Assembly: GCA_963665295.1 (NCBI GenBank)
Contig: OY762209.1
Coordinates: 800,001 to 864,000, forward strand
DNA from: Syntrophorhabdaceae bacterium
Lineage (GTDB): Bacteria > Desulfobacterota > Syntrophorhabdia > Syntrophorhabdales > Syntrophorhabdaceae
DNA: 64,000 bases
Direction: 5' to 3'
Made by a program: the position numbers and the translations under genes. Below the pieces are notes generated by a model. The model saw nothing but the letters and a program-made list of their open reading frames with translations, did not search any database and was not told the DNA's origin. This document shows, piece after piece, positions 25,651 to 35,450 of this stretch (its first letter is position 1; each line of letters begins with the position of its first letter).

Positions 25651-26738
25651 GGGATACATTGGGGGACGACCGTAAATAAGTAAATAACCCTTGACATGCC
25701 CCTCTCCGCCTGATACCATCACCTATGCCGCGCCATGCCCGTCTGGACGCCGAAGGTGTGCTCCACCATATAATTGTCCGTGGCATCGAGCGACGGTTAA
25801 TCTTCCGTGATAATAGTGACAGAGACCGTTTTGCGGAGCGGATGGGGAAGATATTCGACGACACCCACACTCCCTGTTACGCATGGGCGCTCCTCGGCAA
25901 TCACGCCCACCTTTTACTCAAAACAGGCGAGACTCCTCTCCATACAGTCATGGCCCGTCTTCTTACGGGTCATGCAGTCACCTTCAATAAAAAATATCGC
26001 CGCCATGGTCAACTCTTTCAGAATCGATACAAGTCGATTCTCTGCCAGGAAGACGCCTATCTCACCGAACTGGTCTTATATATTCATCTCAATCCCATAA
26101 GGGCAGGAATCATCAAGGACCTTGCGGGGCTTTCAACCTACCCTTACTCCGGTCATGCCGTCCTCATGGGCAAGGTCCTTCATCCATGGCAGGATATGGA
26201 CTACGTGCTCCGTTATTTCGGCCTGAAGACTGCACGAGAGGCATACCTTTCCTCGATGGAGAACCGACTTCTCAGAGGGAAGAGGCCTGACCTGGTAGGC
26301 GGCGGACTGATAAGAAGTTATGGTTCGTGGGCAGAGGTGAAAAAGACCGGTCAACGCGTAAAAGGCGATGAACGCATACTGGGAGACAGCGATTTTGTTC
26401 AGAGGATGCTTACCGGAGAACCCCGCCGCATCACGGCCGACCCGGAAGGTCCGACCCTCGATTATCTCGCCGGACGGGTCCGCGAGCTCTATGGCATTAC
26501 CCTCGAGAGTCTCGGCAGTGGAAGTCGCAGGTCTGCCGTGGTGGAAGCTCGAAGTCTCTGGGCTCATCTCCACGGACGATTTCCTGCGGCCCGGATCGCC
26601 CGATTTCTCAACATGACTCCGCCGGGGATAGGATACGCAGTTGAACGGGGGGAGAGAATTGCTCGTGAGAAGGGCTATGTACTATGAGTTATTTAGTTAT
26701 TTACGGTCGGTTGCCAAAGCCACCCCCAAAGCCACCCC
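25651..26738 (+). mobile_element. Y1-HUH transposase element with terminal inverted repeats
   Basis: CGACCGTAAATAAGTAAATAAC (25667-25688) / GTTATTTAGTTATTTACGGTCG (26688-26709); tandem CCAAAGCCACCC x2 at the right end. Confidence 0.75.
25725..26687 (+). CDS. RAYT/TnpA-Y1 HUH transposase with C-terminal HTH
   Basis: MPRHAR, HHIIVRG, NHAHLL (HUH), GQLFQNRYKSIL, YIHLNPIRA. Confidence 0.9.
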   Translation: MPRHARLDAEGVLHHIIVRGIERRLIFRDNSDRDRFAERMGKIFDDTHTPCYAWALLGNHAHLLLKTGETPLHTVMARLLTGHAVTFNKKYRRHGQLFQNRYKSILCQEDAYLTELVLYIHLNPIRAGIIKDLAGLSTYPYSGHAVLMGKVLHPWQDMDYVLRYFGLKTAREAYLSSMENRLLRGKRPDLVGGGLIRSYGSWAEVKKTGQRVKGDERILGDSDFVQRMLTGEPRRITADPEGPTLDYLAGRVRELYGITLESLGSGSRRSAVVEARSLWAHLHGRFPAARIARFLNMTPPGIGYAVERGERIAREKGYVL

Positions 26739-26741
26739 ACT

Positions 26742-27725
26742 CTATGACAGGGAGTCTCTGTAGGCATTTATCTTCCAGATCTCGCGGCTGGCCTCCTTTT
26801 GTATCAGACGGTTATAAGACTTCATGCTCCGAACGACTTTCATGCGCCGGCGGTACTCGGGCGCCTCTCGCCAGCGTTCCAGCAAATGGCTATCTTGAAA
26901 TATGATCTCTTTGAAAGCATTGGAAATGCAGCGTCTCTTATATTCCTCAATTATTTCTTCTGAGACGCCTTGTTCCGTCATCCACAATTTATCCCAGTTT
27001 TCCCTCCTATCTATTGAGAGAAGCATCCTTGGAGACAGAGCTACCATAATGCTGTGCCCGTCGATAAGAATGGGGGACTCGGAAAGAGGAAACATATGTT
27101 CTTTCGTGACGTATATTGTCCACTTTGCAGTCGCAATCGGATTGACTACCTTAAACAAGAAGGATGGATCAGATAGTAGCCATCTAAGGTTAAGGTAGTA
27201 TTCAAACAACTGCATTCCAAGATGTTCTTGATAGAACTCTATCCCTGAGCGAAGAATCGCGTGACTTCGCATATTCTGGATCACAATAAAGCAGGCAAGT
27301 GGCGCCTTGTGTTTGCTGGACTCTAACTTCTCATTCGTAATTACAGTGATTAAGCTTTTATACGCGGAGGTTGTTGCTTCTATTCCTGTCCAGAAATCTT
27401 CGAAGTCCAACAAAAGAGTTTCCGGCCTCTCTTCCATATATTTCATGAAGTCGTCGTACTTCTCGGGATGATTTCTCTTGACAAAATCTTTCATAGCTTC
27501 TGGCGTAATTTCTGCGACCGCGAGACCTTTCTCCCAGTGAACATTTTCCACGTTTGTGGAGAGAACCTTGTCGCCTCGTAAGTTGAGGGAGAATACGCTC
27601 TGCTCTCGGGGCACAAGAACGTTCTCGCCGGCTCGCCTAGAGTTGTAGTAGTCGACGTTCCAGTAGGCTGTCCAAAAACAAGGATTAGAGTGACTTCGTT
27701 TGTTTAATCGTGCTATCTGGGACAT
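26742..27725 (-). CDS. DUF4238-like protein
   Basis: N-terminal HSNPCFW, FPLSESPIL, MVALSPRMLL resemble DUF4238 motifs; AT-rich. Confidence 0.5.
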   Translation of the reverse strand: MSQIARLNKRSHSNPCFWTAYWNVDYYNSRRAGENVLVPREQSVFSLNLRGDKVLSTNVENVHWEKGLAVAEITPEAMKDFVKRNHPEKYDDFMKYMEERPETLLLDFEDFWTGIEATTSAYKSLITVITNEKLESSKHKAPLACFIVIQNMRSHAILRSGIEFYQEHLGMQLFEYYLNLRWLLSDPSFLFKVVNPIATAKWTIYVTKEHMFPLSESPILIDGHSIMVALSPRMLLSIDRRENWDKLWMTEQGVSEEIIEEYKRRCISNAFKEIIFQDSHLLERWREAPEYRRRMKVVRSMKSYNRLIQKEASREIWKINAYRDSLS

Positions 27726-27756
27726 TTGCCAATCAACCTTTCGTAAAACGCCATTG

Positions 27757-28839
27757 CTAGTGTAGTGTCTCAGTAACGCCTTTACAGCGATTCACTTTTT
27801 CAAGTATCTCCTCGGCCTTCCTGGTCCATACGAAGGGTTTGGGGTCTTCGTTGTTGCAGCGAATATATTCTTCGATGGCGGTCACCAGTTCCTGAACGCT
27901 TTTGAAGATGCCGCGACGAATTCTCTTTCGTGTGATCTCCCCGAACCAGCGCTCCACCAGGTTAAGCCACGACGAGCTTGTGGGTGTAAAGTGGGGAACG
28001 AAACGGGGGTGTTTTTCGAGCCATGCTTTCACATTGGGGTGGGTATGAGTTCCGTAGTTGTCGAGAATCATATGGACATCGAGGCCCTTTGGCACCTGAC
28101 GGTCTATGGTACGCAGGAACTTAAGAAATTCGGTATTTCTGTGGCGGGGATAGCAGGAGCCTATGACTTTTCCTTCCAGAACATTGAGGGCGGCAAAAAG
28201 ACAGGTAGTGCCGTTCCTTTTGTAGTCGTGGGTCATCGTGCCGCAGCGCCCCTTCTTCATCGGTAATCCCGGCTGGGTCCGGTCCAGGGCCTGCACCTGG
28301 CTTTTCTCATCCACACAGAGTACCACCGCTTTGTCGGGAGGATTGAGATAGACGCCCACCACATCGGTCAGTTTCTCCACGAACTTCTTGTCTCTGGACA
28401 GCTTGAAAGTTTCTACCCGATGGGGCTGTAGTCCATGGGCATCCCAGATGCGCTGCACGGTGGCATGGCTCACGCCCTTCTCCTTTGCCATGGTGCGGGT
28501 GGACCAATGAGTTGCATCTTTGGGAGTTGTATGGAGTGTGGCTTCCACGATGGTGCGCACTATCTCCGGGTTAAGGCGCCTTGAACTCGGCCCATGGGGT
28601 GCGTCCTCTGATAAGCCCGAGGGACCTTGTTCTTTGAACCTGCCTACCCACAATATCACCGTAGGGCGGGAGGTATTGAGCCTCTTCACTATGGCGTTAT
28701 GGGACATCCCTTCTGCCGCGAGCAGGCAGATGCGGGAGCGTAGAACCACCCTTTGGGGAGTCTTCTTTGCTTTGACCCATGTTTCCAATGTCTTTCTCTG
28801 CTCTTCCGTCATGTCTAGCGTACTGGCTGGATTCCACAT
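27757..28839 (-). CDS. IS630-family transposase
   Basis: HWSTRTMA, CVDEKSQVQALDR, DYKRNGT, ILDNYGTH, SWLNLVERWF. Confidence 0.95.
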   Translation of the reverse strand: MWNPASTLDMTEEQRKTLETWVKAKKTPQRVVLRSRICLLAAEGMSHNAIVKRLNTSRPTVILWVGRFKEQGPSGLSEDAPHGPSSRRLNPEIVRTIVEATLHTTPKDATHWSTRTMAKEKGVSHATVQRIWDAHGLQPHRVETFKLSRDKKFVEKLTDVVGVYLNPPDKAVVLCVDEKSQVQALDRTQPGLPMKKGRCGTMTHDYKRNGTTCLFAALNVLEGKVIGSCYPRHRNTEFLKFLRTIDRQVPKGLDVHMILDNYGTHTHPNVKAWLEKHPRFVPHFTPTSSSWLNLVERWFGEITRKRIRRGIFKSVQELVTAIEEYIRCNNEDPKPFVWTRKAEEILEKVNRCKGVTETLH

Positions 28840-28897
28840 GCACTATGATAGCATAGCCAAGGGTAATTGTAAAGCTATTAGTGAGCCAGTACACTAG
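27757..28897 (-). mobile_element. Intact IS630-family element
   Basis: Bounded by CTAG at both ends; IR TAGTGTAGTGTCTCAGTAA / TTAGTGAGCCAGTACACTA. Confidence 0.95.
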
Positions 28898-28917
28898 TGC
28901 ACATACTACGGAGCGCT

Positions 28918-29124
28918 AACATAGGTCCTGCTATCAACGAATTATTGAGAAAATTTTTCGCCTCAAAGAAATAGAAAGATCATTAAAGACCTCAAATTGA
29001 CGTGCTGCCTGATGAATGCGGGCGCTGCAAATATGTGGTCCGATGCGCCGGCGGCTGCCGCAAGCCCTACGGGCTGGTTCAGTACAACGGCAAATTGATC
29101 GATTACTTGGTGGGATTTATTTAA
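28918..29124 (+). pseudogene. Radical-SAM SPASM-domain 3' remnant
   Basis: ...VLPDECGRCKYVVRCAGGCRKP...GFI*: CxxCx5CxGGC motif with in-frame stops upstream; next to the IS630 end. Confidence 0.6.
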
Positions 29125-30545
29125 ATCCTTTTGCTTCCTATCAGAAATTCTCCAACCGATGTCTCGGTGTAGTAGTCGAGCCCTGTCGCCCCGGCAAAAA
29201 GATCGGAATCGGCGCCGCCCAGGGCGCAGGGAGCCAGGTCCATTGCTGTTGCAACAAGGTACATGGTCTGATAGAGAACTCCGACGTTCTTCAGTGTAAG
29301 GTTGTATGCCATGGATTCATACTTCCAAGAGAGACGCTGGAATCTGGCTGCGATGGTAATGAGAATCTGTGGGTTATCATCCATTGCCGCTGAACCCTTG
29401 GCGTCTTTTAACAGCGCATCCGTTGCCTCTGTGGGATCGGATATTTTTTCAAGAACATGCCTATCCGGACGGTAGTGGTACAAGCCTGAGGGGATACCCC
29501 GGCATTCATTCACAATTATATAAAGCTCCAGTTCGTAAATAGCTCCTCCACCCGGATATGGCCGTATGCTCAAATCCTGATATTCATTTTTCCGTATTGC
29601 TTTTACTCTTGCGGTTCGGTAGAGGAATTCTCCGAGCTGGCGCTCGGTAACAGGCTCTTTTGCATATTCCCGGATGGATTTTCTCTCTTCCATGACGAGA
29701 GTGAAGGGGTGATCCTTCTCCCTCAAGGAGTCAATATCGGGTCGGTAGAGTGGAATGGTTTTTTCTCCTGCGGGCGGTTTGATTACAGGCAAAGACTCAA
29801 TTTTATAAAGAAAACGATAGGTGCCGCCATAGGGGTTCGAGTGCCTTCCAAGCCGGCTTCCGGCATGGAAAAGGAGGTCGTGGAAATCCCACTGGACAAG
29901 CGCTTCGTTTTCTTCAGGATATGCAGCGTGCGGTTTTACTTCGCACGCAAAACCGCTGCCGACGAGCATTCGCAAGAAGAGGACGATTGTATCGGACGGC
30001 AAATCCGGCAGCCTGCCGTATAACGAGGCGATGGTCTGCGGTCCGGCCAGTTCAGCGGCAATTACGAAGGTCATCTTTCCGTGCAGGGTGATTGTGCCGT
30101 GGGCAAGAGGAGATTCCATGACCATCTCCTGCCTTTTCCGGTGAATGTAAGCAAACCGGGAAAGAATGTATTCTGCCTCGGGATTGACAGGCTCAGGAGA
30201 AAAACTGAAAGAGGCGGATGCAGGACAAAGAGTGGCAAATCGTTGTCCGTTACAGTCAACGCTGTAACACAGAATCCGGTGTTCGGTGAAGATCTTCAAT
30301 AAGTAGTAGAGCTTCGGAAGTACACCCGTACCATCTTTTTCCAGAACATTGCCGGCAAGTTTGTCTTCTGTTGCCCCGGTCGAGGCAAGAATGTCGATGG
30401 CATCTCTCAGTCCGGGGGATAGTTCACCAAGGGCAAGTTCCTTGTAAGTGACAGGCATCCCGACAACAATGCGATCCGCCGATGGCGTTTTGACCTCAAC
30501 TCCTTTTACAAAAGAAAGCACATAGTGTACCGGCGGAGAAGTCAT
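29121..30545 (-). CDS. SagB/ThcOx-type FMN-dependent azoline dehydrogenase
   Basis: WDFHDLLFH, ERKSIREY, RPYPGGGAIYELE, SWKYESMAY, QTMYLVATAMDLAPCALG. Confidence 0.95.
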   Translation of the reverse strand: MTSPPVHYVLSFVKGVEVKTPSADRIVVGMPVTYKELALGELSPGLRDAIDILASTGATEDKLAGNVLEKDGTGVLPKLYYLLKIFTEHRILCYSVDCNGQRFATLCPASASFSFSPEPVNPEAEYILSRFAYIHRKRQEMVMESPLAHGTITLHGKMTFVIAAELAGPQTIASLYGRLPDLPSDTIVLFLRMLVGSGFACEVKPHAAYPEENEALVQWDFHDLLFHAGSRLGRHSNPYGGTYRFLYKIESLPVIKPPAGEKTIPLYRPDIDSLREKDHPFTLVMEERKSIREYAKEPVTERQLGEFLYRTARVKAIRKNEYQDLSIRPYPGGGAIYELELYIIVNECRGIPSGLYHYRPDRHVLEKISDPTEATDALLKDAKGSAAMDDNPQILITIAARFQRLSWKYESMAYNLTLKNVGVLYQTMYLVATAMDLAPCALGGADSDLFAGATGLDYYTETSVGEFLIGSKRI

Positions 30546-32242
30546 AATATTTTGTACTCCCGATGCCGGAAAGCGTAAAACATTTCGTGGGCCTTAAAAA
30601 TCATGCCGCCAATCACCAGTGCAACGGTAACAGAGACTATGATGCCCCAGATCGTAAAATGACGGTTGGTTATCCACAAATCCAGCAGCCGCCAGAATGG
30701 CAGGAGGATACAGAAAAAGGACATGAATCCGCTTAATATTCCGTAAATCACATAGATTCGCTTTTCACGGGAGGGCGGTACAGGCCCGGTAGCAGGCCCA
30801 GGTCTCCTGAACCATCCGAGAATGCCGGTCTTAAGATAATCGAATGATTTCTTCTGCAGATTGGGGATTTCCGTCCAGTCCATGAGCATGTAATAGGAAT
30901 CCATCTTGATAAGGGGGTTGAAGTTCATGAGGAGGTTGAAGGCACCCATAATGGTAAGTGCGATCCATAGTGTGGCCCATGTACTTCCGGAAGCGGTGGT
31001 TATGCCGGCACACCATGCCGTTAACCCGAAAACAGCCCAGGAAACGAGCGGTCCCGCGAGAGACACCCATATCCGATGTGATTTCTTAGGGAAAGTCCAT
31101 GTCGACGTGGTATCGCAAAAGAAGATGAACATCGCCATGTACCACATAATGCCGAGTTTCCTGATTTGTCCGCCGAAATGTTTGCATGTCACCCCGTGGG
31201 CGAATTCGTGAAGTAGTGCATGTATAAGCATACACAGGTAGATCATCGCGATCATGGCGGGGTTTTGGAGGAACAGATTGTCTATGTGCTGAAATATATG
31301 AACGATGGCGTTCCGGTTCATGAAAAGAGGAATCAGCCCGGATAATCCGATTAAAATCATAACGGCTATGCTTAAAGGGTGAAACATGAAGCGCGTGTGT
31401 CTGTAGACCCAGGTTACCGCCGCATCGGGATGGGGAATACTGAATGTTGGTGAAAGCCATCGCCGCAATCGCTTCTTTCCCTGCTCCTTTTCCGATGCAC
31501 CTGCCAGCATGCCTGCAGCTTCCAATGTCTCGTAGAGTCTTTTGATATGTTCAGGTGAAATAAGTCCCAACTCCACGGAATGTTCCAGATAGATGTCTTT
31601 CAGTGTGTTCTTTCCATCAAGGCGGGTAAGAATAAACGTATCGGAGGGTGACAGTTTGAGCACTTTCTGGCTTCTGGTGTCATGGATAATGGCATCGCCT
31701 TGTTGACGGCCATCCGTTTTATCTTTCTGATACTCGATTGTCAGGTTTGTCCGCAGCTTCGGTGTGAGACCCATAACCCATAATTGTTTGGCCTGCCGCT
31801 CCGGACGGCAATACCGCATCATTACCAGCGAGGCGCGATTGCCGTCAATTCGAAAAAACACCCGGTCCATCGTGCGCTTGATAATGTGGAGCCACAACCC
31901 TTCAAGCGTGTCTTCAGAGTCTTCTTCGGCTGAGGGAACCTCGTAATCAGGTTCCTTATGGGGATTGAGCGGGATGGAGGCGTCATAAATAAAATGCACC
32001 TGCACCAGCTCATCCTTCCAGGCGAAACCCACCTCAAAATGCGCTGAAGCATTCTGCTCCGTACAAAGAGCAATGAGCCGTTCCGCTGCTTCAACGACGG
32101 CCGCGCCGGTTTGATCTATCAGCTTACCCGGAAAGGCCCTGGTAGTCAGATAAGAGCGCGTTGTGTCTTCTATCGTCCGAACCCAGGGAAACTCAGGTCT
32201 CACACTGATTACAATATCAAACTCACGGCCCGTATTGTTCAT
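30542..32242 (-). CDS. Degenerate HATPase (RsbW-like) domain, PqqD/RRE-like domain and M50 site-2 metalloprotease
   Basis: LHEFAH, SLAGP, NFNPLIKMDSYY and TM helices; RRE-like FILTRLDGKNTLKDI; N-terminal AVVEAAER...GLWLHIIKRTMDRV. Confidence 0.85.
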   Translation of the reverse strand: MNNTGREFDIVISVRPEFPWVRTIEDTTRSYLTTRAFPGKLIDQTGAAVVEAAERLIALCTEQNASAHFEVGFAWKDELVQVHFIYDASIPLNPHKEPDYEVPSAEEDSEDTLEGLWLHIIKRTMDRVFFRIDGNRASLVMMRYCRPERQAKQLWVMGLTPKLRTNLTIEYQKDKTDGRQQGDAIIHDTRSQKVLKLSPSDTFILTRLDGKNTLKDIYLEHSVELGLISPEHIKRLYETLEAAGMLAGASEKEQGKKRLRRWLSPTFSIPHPDAAVTWVYRHTRFMFHPLSIAVMILIGLSGLIPLFMNRNAIVHIFQHIDNLFLQNPAMIAMIYLCMLIHALLHEFAHGVTCKHFGGQIRKLGIMWYMAMFIFFCDTTSTWTFPKKSHRIWVSLAGPLVSWAVFGLTAWCAGITTASGSTWATLWIALTIMGAFNLLMNFNPLIKMDSYYMLMDWTEIPNLQKKSFDYLKTGILGWFRRPGPATGPVPPSREKRIYVIYGILSGFMSFFCILLPFWRLLDLWITNRHFTIWGIIVSVTVALVIGGMIFKAHEMFYAFRHREYKIL

Positions 32243-32418
32243 TGTCAGTTGATCTCATCGCGCAGCAATATGCCCGGAGGAGGCCGGACAGCCTTGTTTT
32301 CCGCAAAGGAGGTGTCGAGGATTATCTTTTCTTTTCCCTCAAAAATTGCAGACCGCCGTTTTATCGAGACATTCCATCGCATCAGTGAACCGTTGAAGTG
32401 TGGGCACGCAGGCACATG

Positions 32419-32568
32419 CTAAGGGGCAACACGAGATTCCATGTCTTCATCTGTCATACTTATGTCCTGAGGCTTTGCCGGAATTACAAAGCAGAATGTC
32501 TTTTCAGTCTGTTCAGCTGCTTTCACCTCCGCACCTTCAAGCACCTAAATTCCTTCAGCTTCCAATAA
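32419..32568 (-). pseudogene. Second NHLP-leader precursor remnant
   Basis: Manual translation LLEAEGI*VLEGAEVKAAEQTEKTFCFVIPAKPQDISMTDEDMESRVAP* aligns with the intact precursor at 35451. Confidence 0.8.
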
Positions 32569-32594
32569 ATTACATTTCCGGGATAACGTGTCTC

Positions 32595-32623
32595 ATGTTA
32601 TCAAGAGAGACAGGTGTTGTCAA
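32595..32623 (-). promoter_or_regulatory. Internal sigma-70 promoter upstream of the precursor remnant and M50/SagB genes
   Basis: TTGACA-17 nt-TAACAT on the minus strand. Confidence 0.55.
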
Positions 32624-32938
32624 TCTGATTCGGAAGCAGGCCGGCAAATACGTCACAGACATATTGACCGCTCTGGAAACGCAGAGTATGCCGGGCGTGC
32701 AGCGCACCCGGAGAACCGAATGCCCGGCACAATCACCCTGACCACCTGAAGAATATAGATTTTTAAAAACTGTATCCTTTGTGTAAAGTTTTCATCAGGA
32801 AGCCCCGGATATAAAGCTGCCTGTTTCCGGATGGAGACTATCTAACTCTGCCCTGTGGGCCCAGAGAAGTCAGCGGCAGGGTGCACAAAGGGAAATGAGA
32901 GCGATGGCGCTTAAGTCCGGTCCTTAAATGTTCTTTAA

Positions 32939-35188
32939 TTAAAGAAACATCGGAATAGGATTCAGTTCTTCTTCAACAAGGGGCCTGTCCAGCCGGCCCA
33001 TTGCTGCCGGCACATCGTAAAGCCTGCCGGGCGCGTAGCGTGCCCAGAAATGGCGAAGACCCGGCACAATCACCTTGACTACCGGCATACTTATGTCGGG
33101 ACGGGTTTGGTCAAGGACCAGCACTTCCATGCCTCGTTCCTCTACGCGGCGGCGGCATTCCATAATGTCCCGAAGAAGATCGCCGCTATGGAGCACACGG
33201 TAATCGTTCAGGGTGCGCGGCGGTACTCCTGCATCCGGGACTACATAAGGCCGGTTGGCGCGGGTTGCAGTTGTGAGCCACGACAGCACTTCATCATCCT
33301 CAATAATGAGTTCACCCTGTCGGTCTTTCTCACGGGCAATACCGAGCATCTGGTTCATCTCCGCCAGGGCGCGCTGAAGGGCGATGCGGGTGTCGAGGTG
33401 ACAGCCGAGGCCGAAAAGAATGCGCTCCTCCGGCCCGTCTCTCAATGCTGAGAATGCCGCAAAGGCGGGAATGCCGAGGTCGCTTGTGATGTCGAGGGCC
33501 CACAGATCACGTCCCAATGTCCTGTAATGGACGGCAAGGTCGGTAAACCAGGGTACACTGAAGCCTGATATGTCCACTCCCGGTTTTGGCAGCATATTGT
33601 ACCACCAGAGAGCCGTTGCATCACGCTCTACAAGTTCGAGAAAGCCCTGCAAGACTGCTTCCTCAAGGGTATTACCCGAAGCGTTGCCGTTGGAACATCC
33701 GATGCAGTAACGGGTATCGCAATCCTCCCCAGCCCTGGCCCTGAAGTAGAGGATCTGGGTGGGTAGATATTTGTGGCGTTCTTCCGTGAGCGACCAGACT
33801 GGGGTCCAATCAACACGGACTTCCTCGTCGAAGGGTTCGGGAACACTGTTGAATTTGGATTTGCGGGCGTTCCAGGCTTCTCGTTCGGCATACTGCCGAT
33901 CACTGTAACGCATTACCGTGTTCGGGTGGATTACCGACTCGCCGTATCGAGCCCGCATTTCCTGAAAGCTGCCCGGTATCCGGATCTCCGAGCCGTCCGC
34001 CTCGCCGCAGTAACGTTCCAATGCCTCGCACAGGGCACTGGCCCGTGCCTGGGTTTCAGAGGCTCCCTTGCCTGCACTTGCGTTTCGCAACCCCATTTTC
34101 AGGTCATCCAGTCGATCCAGCCTCATTGCGAAATTGTGTCCGGCCGTGTAAACATGGACAACGCCGTCGGCGCCGAAGGCGCACTCAAGCGCACTGACAA
34201 TTCCTGTAATGGGGCTGACCAGATGTTCGTATTTCTTTAAGGTCGCTTCGGGCGGGACGGTGCGGTGCCCTCCGTCCTCGGCAAATGTCACGCTTGCACT
34301 CTCCAGTCTCACGGGTGAGGCAGCACGAGGAGGCGGATTGCCGCAGATTGGGCAGGAGGGGTTGCGGATGAGATCATGGGTACGCGAAGCCCAGGTGCGT
34401 GTATCAAGGGAAAGTATCCTGCCTTTGAGTCCGTCCGCTGCCCCGGCTATTGCCTTGGCAACTTCGATGGTGGCAAACTCGCAGGCGGCCCGTATACTTC
34501 CGTGTAAATTAGTTAGCGGCAGTTCGGTCTTGATACCCTTGGCTGCAATGAAGCCCTGTATCAGGCGATGGCGTGCCAGTTTGTGCCTCAGACATGCAAG
34601 GCAGCCTGTTTCTCCCGGAACGAAAAGGGGGCCTATCCATATCTCGAAACCGGCAGGACGAAGAAGCAGCAAGCGCCGTCCTGCTGCCCGGGCTTCCAGG
34701 GCAATATTCTGCAGTTCATCGCGCAGATAGTCATCTACCGCCACTATGTCGAAGGTGCTTTCATTCTCATTTCGGGTCACGTGAATTTTTAAATCCGAGA
34801 GGGAATCAAGAAGAGGTTTCGGTTCCAGGCTGCCGACAGTCAGAATCCGCACTTTCGAAGCGCGCAGAGCGGCCTCAGACGAGTCCGGGTCGAGTCCGAG
34901 TCCGTGCCAGAAGCCTGCATGTGCTGCTTCCATCCCAGGCCTGCTTTCGGTAATATATCCCTTTTTTTCCAGGAGTATCAGGGCATAATAAACTTTGGAG
35001 GCATCAATTTCCTCTGACAGGATTTCAGCAATGTCGTCTGCGCTGCGCACCCCGTCGATTAGAGGCACTACACGTTCGAAAAGTACGCTGTGAAGGGCAG
35101 CAGCGTTTTCCTCAGAGAGTACAAGAACACCTTCATCAGGAATTGGCACAGGCTGCAAGTGTGCTTTGAATGCCGGAACTCTGATCAT
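32939..35188 (-). CDS. Fused TOMM cyclodehydratase (RRE + E1-like + YcaO)
   Basis: GPLFVPGETGCLAC, SAGKG, CEALERY, SNGNASGNTLEEA, ELVERDA, C-terminal NPIPMFL. Confidence 0.95.
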   Translation of the reverse strand: MIRVPAFKAHLQPVPIPDEGVLVLSEENAAALHSVLFERVVPLIDGVRSADDIAEILSEEIDASKVYYALILLEKKGYITESRPGMEAAHAGFWHGLGLDPDSSEAALRASKVRILTVGSLEPKPLLDSLSDLKIHVTRNENESTFDIVAVDDYLRDELQNIALEARAAGRRLLLLRPAGFEIWIGPLFVPGETGCLACLRHKLARHRLIQGFIAAKGIKTELPLTNLHGSIRAACEFATIEVAKAIAGAADGLKGRILSLDTRTWASRTHDLIRNPSCPICGNPPPRAASPVRLESASVTFAEDGGHRTVPPEATLKKYEHLVSPITGIVSALECAFGADGVVHVYTAGHNFAMRLDRLDDLKMGLRNASAGKGASETQARASALCEALERYCGEADGSEIRIPGSFQEMRARYGESVIHPNTVMRYSDRQYAEREAWNARKSKFNSVPEPFDEEVRVDWTPVWSLTEERHKYLPTQILYFRARAGEDCDTRYCIGCSNGNASGNTLEEAVLQGFLELVERDATALWWYNMLPKPGVDISGFSVPWFTDLAVHYRTLGRDLWALDITSDLGIPAFAAFSALRDGPEERILFGLGCHLDTRIALQRALAEMNQMLGIAREKDRQGELIIEDDEVLSWLTTATRANRPYVVPDAGVPPRTLNDYRVLHSGDLLRDIMECRRRVEERGMEVLVLDQTRPDISMPVVKVIVPGLRHFWARYAPGRLYDVPAAMGRLDRPLVEEELNPIPMFL

Positions 35189-35450
35189 TGCGATATCTCC
35201 TTTGACTGTGTTTGAATTATACTATTGCAGTGTTTCTTTTTTCAAATCCTCCGCAATCTGCCCGGCCTTTCCTTCAGAATTTATCGCGTCAACATATTCG
35301 GCAGCCGGTTCGGGTGCAAAATTTAAAGCTCTTTGCTGAACCTGCCGCCGGAGATTTTACATTGATGTTTTTTCGATGATAATATATAAAGCTGAGGACA
35401 GGTAAAACAGCTCGATCAGATTGTCACTGAACTAAAAAAGGAGGGTAATA

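Noticed and set aside
32245..32568. Amber (pyrrolysine) read-through making the second precursor functional
   Set aside because: The N-terminal leader and start codon are missing, TAG serves as a normal stop in many genes here, and no pyl genes are seen
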